From a virus (lineage: Duplodnaviria; Caudoviricetes), in the IMG/VR virus record IMGVR_UViG_3300027374_000478, positions 32,001 through 96,000 of that record: 64,000 nt of DNA. One strand, given 5' to 3'. A program made the translations under genes and the position numbers. Every line of letters begins with the position of its first letter. Position 1 is the first letter of the stretch. Below the pieces are notes generated by a model. The model saw nothing but the letters and a program-made list of their open reading frames with translations. It was not told the origin of the DNA and did no database searches. Below are positions 11,006-20,307 of this stretch, in pieces.

Positions 11006-11836
11006 ATGAGAAGAATATTATTGATATTTATTATAATTTTAACATTGTCCATATATATAAAAGTCGATGCTTCGGAAAATGAATTTGTACCAGAAGATGC
11101 ATTTGAGTTTAACAATCATTCCTATAAATTATTTGATTCTGGATGCACACAGAAACAAGCAATTGAAATATGTGAAAATTTGGGCGGGCATTTGCTTACT
11201 ATTACATCAGAAGAGGAACAGACGTTTATAAATAGTATGATAGAAGACTGCACAATGAAAAATATATGGCTTGGTGGTAGTTATGTAAATAACGAATGGT
11301 ATTGGATAACAGACGAAAAGTTTACATATGTAAATTGGAATGATGGTGAACCAAATAATGTATTCAATTCACAAAATGCGATTATGATGTATACATATCA
11401 TGGAGCAGATAATGATAATAATACTATCGAAATTGGAAAATGGAATGACGAAAATGAAAACGGCAGAAACTGGGACGGCTATACTTCTGAAGAAACTGGT
11501 TTTATATGTGAATGGGATTTTCTATCTACACATAATAGTATAAATGACCAAGAACCTCAATCAGTAAACAACGGTGAAAAACAAAAAGTAAGTAATGATA
11601 TTTCTTCTCCCATACCAAACATAGAAAGTAATCCAATAGAAGATGCCAATATTAAATCAGGTAGTCCAATAGAAAGTAAAAGTAATAACGATGGCGTCAA
11701 TATAACATTTCATATTGATAATTTAAGCATCATTGGAGGAATAAGTATATTTGGCGGAATTAGCTTTATTGGTGTAATTATAAAAAATAAGAAAAGGAAG
11801 AAAAATAGAAGGAATGATTCTACTTATACCCAATGA
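11006..11836 (+). CDS. secreted, membrane-anchored C-type lectin domain protein (moron)
   Basis: Signal peptide; CTLD motifs HSYKLF, C..LGGHL.TI.S.EE, IWLGG, W..GEPNN, WND, FICE; C-terminal TM helix plus basic tail; opposite strand to flanking genes. Confidence 0.9.
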   Translation: MRRILLIFIIILTLSIYIKVDASENEFVPEDAFEFNNHSYKLFDSGCTQKQAIEICENLGGHLLTITSEEEQTFINSMIEDCTMKNIWLGGSYVNNEWYWITDEKFTYVNWNDGEPNNVFNSQNAIMMYTYHGADNDNNTIEIGKWNDENENGRNWDGYTSEETGFICEWDFLSTHNSINDQEPQSVNNGEKQKVSNDISSPIPNIESNPIEDANIKSGSPIESKSNNDGVNITFHIDNLSIIGGISIFGGISFIGVIIKNKKRKKNRRNDSTYTQ

Positions 11837-11891
11837 AACAATTCTTCTAAGTAGTGATAGCGGAGCAGTGGTTAAACTGCTCCTTACTATT

Positions 11892-12652
11892 TTACTCAGT
11901 ACATAATTTATTCTGTTTAGATAACATCTTTCTGATATATTCCAGTCCTTTCCGTGTAGCATATGTAGCTGGTCTATAATTACCATCACGACAAGGAGTT
12001 TCTTTTACTTTGAATAACCCCTGTTCCATAAATCTCTGATATGGAATATTCACATTTCCTTTATAAAACATAACATCATTCGCCCTTAAAAAAGAATATA
12101 ATCTCTTCAATCCAATTTCAGTTCTTTAGCTACAATGTTCATAGGCAGTAACCCTTCTGTGCTAAGAATAGTATCATAAAATTCCTTTAATTCAGCATTC
12201 TCAGCTTTCAATTTTTCATTACTGCTTTTTAGATCTTTGATGACTAAAACCTTTGTTTCCTCGCTAAGTTCTGGGAGATAATTATTTACAAATTCTTCTT
12301 CCATATCTGTTTCGACATAGCCACCAGTTTTATTGATTATAGGGAGGACTTCTTCGACCACCCATTTTCTGAATGGTTTACATTTTTCAGTATGTGCTTC
12401 AAACATAAAATCATATAACTGATTTTCGTTCATAAAAAGTTGTCCATCGTGGACAACCGTTGAAATATCGGCATTTTTGACAGTTTTATCAATTCGCTCA
12501 GTACGAGGATATTGTTTTCCCTTTGCTGTCTTCACATATCCAAGTGCCATACCAATTGAGTAAAGTTCAAACATTGGAACTCCGTCAACAATCTCAATAG
12601 TTACGTCAGTTGCCTCAAATTTCTTCAAAATTCTGTTTTCTGTTTTAATCAT
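11892..12652 (-). pseudogene. BRO-N + KilAC(ANT) antirepressor split by a frameshift
   Basis: FRKWVVEEVLP.I.KTGGY (BRO-N) in 12107-12652, PYQRFMEQGLF...TRKGLEYI (ANT) in 11892-12110; one extra A at CTG AAA (A)TT GGA would fuse them. Confidence 0.75.
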
Positions 12653-12948
12653 AGTTTTTCCTTTCTTTGCATTATAGTAGCGAAACACTAAAATATTTGT
12701 TTACGTTATTTGCCGATAACGTGGATCGTTATCTGATGTGGAACAGTTGCGGCAACAACTATTCCTGAAAGAAAAAATCATATGATAAATGAAAACTTCT
12801 TTTGGGACGTAACTATCCCACATCAAACAACGATGTCTAAACATTTATTCTCTTTTTATTTCTTCAAAACAACACAAAAAGAGCCATGATATTTCACATG
12901 ACTCTTAAAAAAATCTTATTAAGTTTCCCAATGAAATGCTTATTTAAA

Positions 12949-13031
12949 CGCAAAGCAGAACAATCGAAGTCCATTCTTTTCAGAACACATCCGTTAGCAG
13001 CGGAGTCCCAAACCTTATGGGTTTACTTTGC
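12949..13031 (-). tRNA. tRNA-Ser(GCT), divergent
   Basis: Acceptor GCAAAGT/GCTTTGC + G73, anticodon arm TCCG-CTGCTAA-CGGA, long variable arm TTCT-GAAA-AGAA, T loop TTCGATT; no encoded CCA. Confidence 0.7.
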
Positions 13032-13068
13032 ATGTAGTAGGAGAGTAGTTACACTGCTCTCCACAAAC

Positions 13069-13374
13069 TTACACATTATCAGAATTCCATAATAAATCCA
13101 CATCATATTCTTCTAAAGCTACTGGAACAATTTCAGATCTATTATATGTATTCAGAAGATCAATACATTTTTCTTCAAACTTATCTTTACTGGATTCTTT
13201 ATATGAAACAGTTTGAAATTTTCCAGTACCGACTAATTCGGTTTCAGTACGTACTTCATGAGTGTCTGAATCTTCCACCTCCTTAGAAATTTCTTCCATT
13301 ATTTCTTCTTTTACTTGAAGGAATCTATATATGGATTTATCTTTTTTATCTCTAATAAGAACACTATAAGCCAT
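13069..13374 (-). CDS. hypothetical phage protein
   Basis: 101 aa ORF, GGAGG SD. Confidence 0.65.
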   Translation of the reverse strand: MAYSVLIRDKKDKSIYRFLQVKEEIMEEISKEVEDSDTHEVRTETELVGTGKFQTVSYKESSKDKFEEKCIDLLNTYNRSEIVPVALEEYDVDLLWNSDNV

Positions 13375-13388
13375 TTATATACCTCCCA

Positions 13389-13868
13389 TTACAGAACAAC
13401 TTCTGTTTCACCTTCAAATTTTGTATTGATACTTCTTAATTCAGTCAGTTTCTTACCAATTTCTTCTTTTACTTTTACAGAAAACAGTTCTGCATATGCC
13501 TTACCTAACTTTTCTACTGTGTCAAATACATTATTAAGCGCACTGGAAGGAATCTTCGTTACATCAAAAGTCATTACAATATTCATATCCTGATTGATTG
13601 CGTATTCCTTATTGATAAGATTCTCAATTTGCACTTCTTCAACGTTTGTACTATCAACTGGATCAGATGTAACAACTGGATCGCCAGTAGCATCATCAAT
13701 CTTCATATTTTCTTTAAATGTAATATCGCTAAACCTGACACTTCTAGGGAAATCTGTTAATACCTGTGCTTCCTCGATTTCTGTTGATGTCGCCGTGCCA
13801 AGTTCTGCAACGCTAATATCAACAGTAATAATATTGTTTTCAATAGTTTTATTTACTTTTAATTTCAT
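13389..13868 (-). CDS. hypothetical (possibly virion) protein
   Basis: 159 aa ORF coupled (ATGA) to upstream gene. Confidence 0.65.
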   Translation of the reverse strand: MKLKVNKTIENNIITVDISVAELGTATSTEIEEAQVLTDFPRSVRFSDITFKENMKIDDATGDPVVTSDPVDSTNVEEVQIENLINKEYAINQDMNIVMTFDVTKIPSSALNNVFDTVEKLGKAYAELFSVKVKEEIGKKLTELRSINTKFEGETEVVL

Positions 13869-14161
13869 GTTTCTTGTTCCTCTCTTTCATTTGAAACTAC
13901 TTGGTTGTACGCATTTTTTATCTGAATTGTGAGATCATATAATACATCTTCATTGATCGTACAATCTAAATTTGACATATCAATATTAGGATCTGAAATT
14001 GTAAATTCTAAGGTGCCATTATTTTTTGGTGCAAATAAAACTTCAACATTGTTACTTAATAGAAGAGTAATAGAATCAATTTTCTTTCCGTTGTTGGATT
14101 TTATAGTTCGCACTTGCCCAACTTTTAGACGTTCTTCTTCAATAGATAATCTACTTGCCAT
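13865..14161 (-). CDS. hypothetical phage protein
   Basis: 98 aa ORF, GGTGA SD. Confidence 0.6.
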   Translation of the reverse strand: MASRLSIEEERLKVGQVRTIKSNNGKKIDSITLLLSNNVEVLFAPKNNGTLEFTISDPNIDMSNLDCTINEDVLYDLTIQIKNAYNQVVSNEREEQET

Positions 14162-14202
14162 TTATTCACCAACTTTCTTTTAGTAATTTCAAATTTGTAT
14201 AA

Positions 14203-14286
14203 TGGGCAGAAGAGGACTCGAACCTCTGATGTTTCTTGTGTGCCTGATTTACAGTCAGGTGCAGTCGCCGCTATGCATATCTACCC
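14203..14286 (-). tRNA. tRNA-Tyr(GTA)
   Basis: GGGTAGA/TCTGCCC acceptor, CCTGA-CTGTAAA-TCAGG anticodon arm, long variable region, AGAGG-TTCGAGT-CCTCT. Confidence 0.85.
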
Positions 14287-14507
14287 ATGAAAATAGGAGA
14301 GTGCTGAAGACTCTCCTGAATTGTTTTGTCTTTCCAGAATGCCAGACCGTCCAGCAGTCATTCGCTAATTTATAAAAGCCACCACTATCAGAAATGGCTT
14401 TCAACCATAATCAATATGGTTATCTCCAAATAAAGGTCATCATTAACACAGATGAGTACGAACATCTTAACGATTTATTACTTTGAAATTGGAGTTCTAT
14501 TTGGCGG

Positions 14508-15539
14508 CTATACAAAAGCGTCGTCAGCATCTTCTTCATCTTCTCGTACAACATATATCTTTGTTGTCTCACTACTTTCATGACCTAATAACTTTTGAGC
14601 GGTTTCTATAGATCTGTTTTGATAGCATACAAGATTAGTTGCCCGTGAAGCTCTAAAAATATGTGGATTTATTCTACGTCCCATTATTTGAGTAAATAAC
14701 CCTTGACACCATCCATTAAATGTGTCTTCTCCTACTTGGCGAACATCACCATTTGAGTGTTTTATTACAAACATATAAGGACAATCATCATCGCCACGTA
14801 CTTCTAACCACTTGTCTAAGAATCTCTTTACATCTTCTCCGAATTGCAACTTACGAACTTTCCCTTGGCGACTACGTCCCTTACAACGAATATCATGTGT
14901 TTTATACGAAACGGATTCTACTTCGTGTTCAATTCCTTCTTCATCAGTAATTGTAATCATCTTTCTCTTTGGTTCATAATTCACAACCTCTTTAAGAAGC
15001 TGCCTGGCTTCAGCCCTACGACAGCCTGTTGAATATGTAAACTTAACATATGCCAATTTTTCCCATTCTTCACGCTTTTCTAATTCTTCACAAAGATAAT
15101 TAATTTCATCAGGAGTAAGAGGAATTTTTTCATGAACTTTTCCTGTTAATGCTATCCTTTGCTCTGTTGTCACATAATTCCGGAATAAAGGATATTCTTC
15201 CTCATAAAATGACTCTATAAATTTATTAAATGCACTAACAGACGATTTTTTAAATTTCATAGCAGAATCAGAAAGCCCACGATTATTTAACCAATTCAGA
15301 TATCTAAGAAATTCTTTTTTCTTAATTTCTGTACAATTCTTATCTCTTAGGTTCTCATGCACCCACCAAAAGTAAATTTTTAATGCGCTGGTATAACCAA
15401 TCAAACTTTTTGGAGATAAATGAGTTTGATTACTGAGGTAATCAGCGACCATATCTCTGTTAAATTTATTTACTTGCGACCACATTTCATCAGTTATTTC
15501 ATCAGATCGTTTAGCGATTTCTTCACCCAATAATCTCAC
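14508..15539 (-). CDS. tyrosine recombinase (SPbeta YomM-like position in late region)
   Basis: TGCRRAE (R), CKGR (K), HIFR (HxxR), LGH...TKIY (H, Y); catalytic set intact. Confidence 0.9.
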   Translation of the reverse strand: MRLLGEEIAKRSDEITDEMWSQVNKFNRDMVADYLSNQTHLSPKSLIGYTSALKIYFWWVHENLRDKNCTEIKKKEFLRYLNWLNNRGLSDSAMKFKKSSVSAFNKFIESFYEEEYPLFRNYVTTEQRIALTGKVHEKIPLTPDEINYLCEELEKREEWEKLAYVKFTYSTGCRRAEARQLLKEVVNYEPKRKMITITDEEGIEHEVESVSYKTHDIRCKGRSRQGKVRKLQFGEDVKRFLDKWLEVRGDDDCPYMFVIKHSNGDVRQVGEDTFNGWCQGLFTQIMGRRINPHIFRASRATNLVCYQNRSIETAQKLLGHESSETTKIYVVREDEEDADDAFV

Positions 15540-15906
15540 TTCCTTTCATTACAAAATAATAAAAAAGACTTGCTACCTAGAGATAAGGGATATCCTTGTA
15601 ATTCTCTTTACCTGTCTAACTGACAGACCATAAATTGTTTACACTATATACTTCTTCAAACAAATAAGACTCACACTCAATTTTCTAAGTGTAAGCCTTT
15701 TCATAACAATCTGATTAAATATCAAATACTTTCAATTCAGTTTCCTAACTTCCCCAACAATTCTTTAACAGTAATTTCTTCTCCGATAGAAACACACTCA
15801 TCTAAACGATAGAAGAGTAGTTCTTTGAGAATTATTAACTCATCGTCTGTGAGGTCTACGGATTTTACAATTCCATCATACAAAGTTATTTCACCACCAG
15901 TCTGAA

Positions 15907-16182
15907 TTATAGTGTCTTAACAGATTTACTAATCGTAAATTTCAATTCATCATGTGCTGGCTTTGTCCATTCCTTGCCTCCTGCAAGAGCAGCAACACCA
16001 CTTCTCTCGGCAACATGTTTTACAGAAAACGTACCAATTCCAGGAAGAGGAACCTTTTCATCACGACTCTCGTTCAATGCTCCAAGCAAAAACTTTCCAT
16101 AGGCTTTCATAACTGCCTCTGCAACCTTATTCGTAACTTCTGCCTCAGAAGCAACTGCTTTAATCATATCATTCTTTACCAT
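15907..16182 (-). CDS. HU family DNA-binding protein
   Basis: KNDMIKAVA...VPLPGIGTFSVKHVAERSG...PAHDELKF; AAGGAG SD at ATG 16182. Confidence 0.88.
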   Translation of the reverse strand: MVKNDMIKAVASEAEVTNKVAEAVMKAYGKFLLGALNESRDEKVPLPGIGTFSVKHVAERSGVAALAGGKEWTKPAHDELKFTISKSVKTL

Positions 16183-16381
16183 TATAAAAATCTCCTTTAT
16201 TTCAATATTTTTCAATAAAATAGGAGAGTAGTACATACTCTCCAACACATGTGTTTGTGACTTTGTTGACCAAATATAATAATCGCCCACTCGTGACGAT
16301 TTTGTTTGTTAAAATAATTTTCCATAACTTTCCATAACTTTCCAATCTGTAGTACAATAATATTATCACACAAGAGAGGAG

Positions 16382-16522
16382 ATGACCAATATAGCGACTA
16401 CAGGAGAAAAGCCAGGAGCAGGTACATACACCTGTGATAATTGTGGACAAGTGGTTGTGTTAGATGATAATACAGATACATTACCGCCTTGCCCTAAATG
16501 TAATGGTACAGAGTCCCATTAA
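16382..16522 (+). CDS. small zinc-ribbon protein (46 aa)
   Basis: TGEKPGAGTYTCDNCG...LPPCPKC; GAGGAG SD; opposite orientation to neighbours. Confidence 0.75.
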   Translation: MTNIATTGEKPGAGTYTCDNCGQVVVLDDNTDTLPPCPKCNGTESH

Positions 16523-16668
16523 TCTGCTAATGTAAAATGTTGGATCTCAAATGGCTTACCAAACCATTGTCTCCAGACTGTGAGTTTCTTTTCTCCATTC
16601 TGGAGACTGTATTTTGAGTGATATTTTAATGGTAATAACTGTTTTAGATAATATATAAGTTTATTCAT
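16519..16668 (-). CDS. small hypothetical protein (49 aa)
   Basis: MNKLIYYLKQLLPLKYHSKY...VWRQWFGKPF; GGAGA SD. Confidence 0.55.
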   Translation of the reverse strand: MNKLIYYLKQLLPLKYHSKYSLQNGEKKLTVWRQWFGKPFEIQHFTLAD

Positions 16669-16700
16669 TTTCGTCTCCAAATAAAATTAGTAATTCATAG

Positions 16701-17912
16701 TCAATCAAGTTCAATAGGGTAACAACACTTGATTCCCTTATCGTTTACTACCAATACTGTTTGTGACGGTTTTCCAGTAAGTCTCTTTTGTCTAGTATAT
16801 TCATCTCCACTTCCACCAAGACTTCCTGATTGTACAACTTTAATTCCAGAAACATCAGTCATTGCAGGATAATGTTTATGTCCACACACAACACAATATG
16901 GTGTCATTTTTGCCCATAATATTAACTTAGATATTGAAGTGTCACTTGTAGAATCAAAATCACCATGCACTCCAAAATATAGTTTGTCTCTTACAAAGAA
17001 TATAGATAGTGTATCATCAATATCTTCATCAATAACTGAGATGTTTTTAACATTTTTAAGCATGGACTTGATAAACCATAAAATAAGAGTATCTAACCGT
17101 TCTCCAAGTAATGCATCTTCTTTTTCCTCAAGACGACTATGATTTCCAGCAACTCCACGCAATTCAACTGTTTTGAAATATTTCCCTAGTTCATATACAA
17201 AATCAGAAATGTATTCGCAAGCAAGTTTTACTTGCTCAATAACATTTTCTTTATTTGTGACAGAAATGGTTTTATGTATAGAACCACTTATAAGATCTCC
17301 AAGAAGAAGGCAAATGCAATTCTCTGTATTATGAGTTTTCTGAATCTCTATGATTTCGGATAAATACTTCTCCAATCGTTCTTTGGCAATGAGAGAATCA
17401 TATGCACCATCAAAACCATAATATGTTGCACCTATATGAAGATCAGATAGACATACAATCATATCATTTTCGCTATTTGAAACAGCAGGAGAGTATGTTA
17501 CATATCTATCATTTGCGACATTAGATAGCATATCTTCAAATTTCTCTATTGTTGTTTCTAATCGTGATTCTTCCCTGAGTCTTCTGTTAATATCGAGTCT
17601 TTCATCATACAATTTGCGCTTTTCTTTTTGAATTTCCTGTTTTTGTAGCCGTAATTCCTTAAAATACTCATCTTCACTAAGTTTATTAAAAACACCAGCT
17701 TCCATAAACTTTTTTGCCATTTGATAAGGTTTACGCCAAGCTGCTTCGGAATAAGGTTTATCTGGATCACCAAAATACTTATTCATAAGGTCAGCTATAC
17801 CATTCCAGTCAATATCTAATAGTCCAGAATCTTTTGCCTGTCCTAATCTCCATAGATACTGAAATTCGTTTTCTGTTTCTTTTCTGGTTGTATCAAACAG
17901 AACAGTCACCAC
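16701..17912 (-). CDS. calcineurin-like metallophosphoesterase (YonJ-like)
   Basis: SDLH, GDLI, GNH, HGD, GHKH motifs. Confidence 0.88.
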   Translation of the reverse strand: MVTVLFDTTRKETENEFQYLWRLGQAKDSGLLDIDWNGIADLMNKYFGDPDKPYSEAAWRKPYQMAKKFMEAGVFNKLSEDEYFKELRLQKQEIQKEKRKLYDERLDINRRLREESRLETTIEKFEDMLSNVANDRYVTYSPAVSNSENDMIVCLSDLHIGATYYGFDGAYDSLIAKERLEKYLSEIIEIQKTHNTENCICLLLGDLISGSIHKTISVTNKENVIEQVKLACEYISDFVYELGKYFKTVELRGVAGNHSRLEEKEDALLGERLDTLILWFIKSMLKNVKNISVIDEDIDDTLSIFFVRDKLYFGVHGDFDSTSDTSISKLILWAKMTPYCVVCGHKHYPAMTDVSGIKVVQSGSLGGSGDEYTRQKRLTGKPSQTVLVVNDKGIKCCYPIELD

Positions 17913-17914
17913 CT

Positions 17915-18148
17915 TTACTTTTCAGTGTCTTCAGATGTAATCAAATCTAAATCCTCATCGGATTTTAGGCTCACACCAAATTCAATTGGCTGATTTATAA
18001 ATGCTTTGAGTAAATCAGATATTTTTACATCCTGTTCTGTATCATTTTCGTCAGTATAAGTAATAAATGTTCCATCTTCCGATAAAATTCCTTTTACAGA
18101 TAATTTATCAACAATATTTCTTTTAAAAGAGAGTTTAGATTTTGCCAT
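17915..18148 (-). CDS. YonK-like protein
   Basis: Small protein (LSVKGIL...DLLKAF) immediately upstream of the YonJ-like gene, as in SPbeta. Confidence 0.6.
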   Translation of the reverse strand: MAKSKLSFKRNIVDKLSVKGILSEDGTFITYTDENDTEQDVKISDLLKAFINQPIEFGVSLKSDEDLDLITSEDTEK

Positions 18149-18270
18149 TTGAAAATTTCCTTTCATTCATATATTTTATATTTTTTCTAATACGTATTTT
18201 TACATATGGTGGGCTATTGACGATGAGCCTAGCAACGGAGGTTTATTTTATCAAAAATAAACAAAAGAAT

Positions 18271-18350
18271 TGCTGAAGCACAGGAGTCGAACCTGTTATC
18301 ACACAGGTTATGAGCTTGGTATGGTTTATGTATCCGTTCCACTCGCCAGC
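18271..18350 (-). tRNA. degenerate tRNA(CAT)-like element
   Basis: CTCATAA loop and ACAGG-TTCGACT-CCTGT T arm are good; acceptor, D and anticodon stems imperfect. Confidence 0.5.
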
Positions 18351-18352
18351 AG

Positions 18353-18425
18353 TGTGCCTATTGGGATTTGAACCCAAAACCTATCGGTTAAAAGCCGATT
18401 ACTCTACCAATTGAGTTATAGACAC
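18353..18425 (-). tRNA. tRNA-Lys(TTT)
   Basis: GTGTCTA/TAGGCAC, ACTC-AATTGGTA-GAGT, ATCGG-CTTTTAA-CCGAT, TTGGG-TTCAAAT-CCCAA. Confidence 0.92.
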
Positions 18426-18431
18426 AGAAAG

Positions 18432-18940
18432 AACAGATGACGATACTGCTAGAATAGCAGCACCGCCACCTGTATAAGAAAAAATAGATTACTCCTTATA
18501 AACGCCTTCGGTTCAGGACGACTCTCGTAAATATTATCGGGAGTTAGAACCATGTATATCTTCTGGAGTAAGTGGAGTCGTACCGTCTCGCTTGGCGAAC
18601 TTAACGGGTCTATATCACGTTCCACAAGTTTTTTCATATAACATCATGCCAACTAATTTATAGTTATATGTCAGACGAAAAATTTTGATTGCCCACTTAA
18701 GGGTTCTTTATAGTTTTCAGAACCGGCAATGAATTAGTACCGATGGAATCTTACGGGCATGTCAAGCTACTTTTGGAAGTATAGACATTTACATATATTT
18801 ACCAACATAAATTAAAAATTCGCATTTATGGCTGCGTGCACCACATACAATTTTATTCTCGCTAAGTATGATAGAAACGATAAATCACTGTTCTGAATTT
18901 GTTTATTTAAGACTACAAGCCCAAAGGTCATTGTAGTACA
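18432..18940 (-). ncRNA. candidate ~500-nt structured ncRNA upstream of the tRNA pair
   Basis: No credible ORF; chain of stems with G-U pairs favouring the minus strand, e.g. CAGGTGGCGGTGCTGCTA/TAGCAGTATCGTCATCTG. Confidence 0.5.
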
Positions 18941-18948
18941 ATCCAATT

Positions 18949-19224
18949 TTATGTCTTTAACTTAGAACTGGGGACAAAACGTATATGTTTTTCGTTTTCA
19001 AATCTTCTTTCCTTGCCAGTAGAAATATCCTTTCCGACATATGTTTTATAGTATGGACAGAATCTTCCAAGCCCTTCTATCTTTACAATATGACCCTCTT
19101 TAATTTCTTTACCAACAATATTTATAAAAGTTTTAATTATAGAATCAACATTATTCTTCTCAACTTTTCCATTAAGATTCTTCCATGTTTCATCAATTAA
19201 CTCTGATTTTACTATCGTTTTCAC
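18949..19224 (-). CDS. HU/IHF-like DNA-binding protein (YonN-like position)
   Basis: KSELI...VKIEGLGRF...IRFVPS; directly downstream of the YonO-like gene. Confidence 0.8.
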   Translation of the reverse strand: MKTIVKSELIDETWKNLNGKVEKNNVDSIIKTFINIVGKEIKEGHIVKIEGLGRFCPYYKTYVGKDISTGKERRFENEKHIRFVPSSKLKT

Positions 19225-19299
19225 CTCTTTTTCTTTCTTCCTTAAGGGAACCTTATCCTGACCTTTAAATTTTTTCGCTAGTAGCGTAAAAATTTAAAC

Positions 19300-20307
19300 T
19301 TACAAAATCGCTTTGGGGGAACTTTTTTTAGAAAAATTGATACTATACACGCAAATTTCTCCTTTTTTATCCTCGTATAAAAAAGTATTAATTTTATCAT
19401 ATTGATTCAATATGTTGGTTAATATTTCATTCTTGTAATTAAATAAAATATAAAATAATAAATTTTTAATTGATGAATTCTCCACATTATCTAAACGTTG
19501 TAGTAAACGATACATTGTATGGGAATTAATTTTCATTCGATCAATCTCATATAATAATTCCATTTTTGCACGATTTCTGTAATAATATTGATATTCATAA
19601 AAAGATGGATTATATGATATCATTTTTATATAATCAGATGTTTCATTTGCCAGACGAATTATTTTAACAACTTGTTTTTTGTTAACTAAATTTTTATCGA
19701 ATTCTTTTGGTTTAAAGATATCTGCTAATGGGATGAAATTACTTCCCATAGATTTTTTTGATCGTTTTTTGGCAATACAATTATGAAGATAGTCCATGCT
19801 GGTATTATATTTTTGATAATCTTTTCGATTAACATTTTTATAATTCTTAGTATCTGCAATAAACCCCAAGAAATATGGAGTCCGCTTTCTCCCATCAGGT
19901 GTAGTCAATAAGTTCTCATATTTCTTTCTCATCCGTTTCAGTTCTTTTGTAGTATCTACAGGATATTCCTTTTTTGCTTTATCTATTTCAATATTACTCA
20001 TAACATCCAACTGACATACATCATAATATATTTCTTTGATATCATCATATTGTTCTTGTACGGATTGTCCAGATTTTGACACTATATCCCATAGCAATGA
20101 ATTAAGTTCTTGTGATAGATTTACGATTTCACCAATTTTATTATTACTTGTTTTATCATCTAAGTCAGCCAAATCAGTAGGAGTATAATGCCTTTTTGAT
20201 TTTGGAGGATTTATATTGCGTGTTGGAACCTTGAATATATGGTAATTCTTTTTCGCTGAATCAATCAATATCTTATTATCTGTAATAAGCAAAGTATCGC
20301 TGTCAAA
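19300..20307 (-). CDS. yonO: YonO-type single-subunit RNA polymerase, exon 2
   Basis: Begins TTT GAC AGC GAT (FDSD) right after intron terminal G at 20308; continues IGEIVNLSQELNS...IEIDKAKK. Confidence 0.88.
   Translation of the reverse strand, partial: FDSDTLLITDNKILIDSAKKNYHIFKVPTRNINPPKSKRHYTPTDLADLDDKTSNNKIGEIVNLSQELNSLLWDIVSKSGQSVQEQYDDIKEIYYDVCQLDVMSNIEIDKAKKEYPVDTTKELKRMRKKYENLLTTPDGRKRTPYFLGFIADTKNYKNVNRKDYQKYNTSMDYLHNCIAKKRSKKSMGSNFIPLADIFKPKEFDKNLVNKKQVVKIIRLANETSDYIKMISYNPSFYEYQYYYRNRAKMELLYEIDRMKINSHTMYRLLQRLDNVENSSIKNLLFYILFNYKNEILTNILNQYDKINTFLYEDKKGEICVYSINFSKKSSPKAIL

Noticed and set aside
11006-11836. C-type lectin as a diversity-generating retroelement target
   Set aside because: No reverse transcriptase or template repeat seen; the domain is of the animal-like EPN type with a membrane anchor.
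14508-15539. Prophage integrase with an adjacent att site
   Set aside because: Flanked by phage genes on both sides; no host junction visible in the window.
19300-20292. Independent 330-aa gene as given in the ORF track
   Set aside because: It is exon 2 of the RNA polymerase; the frame extends to 20307 and has no SD.
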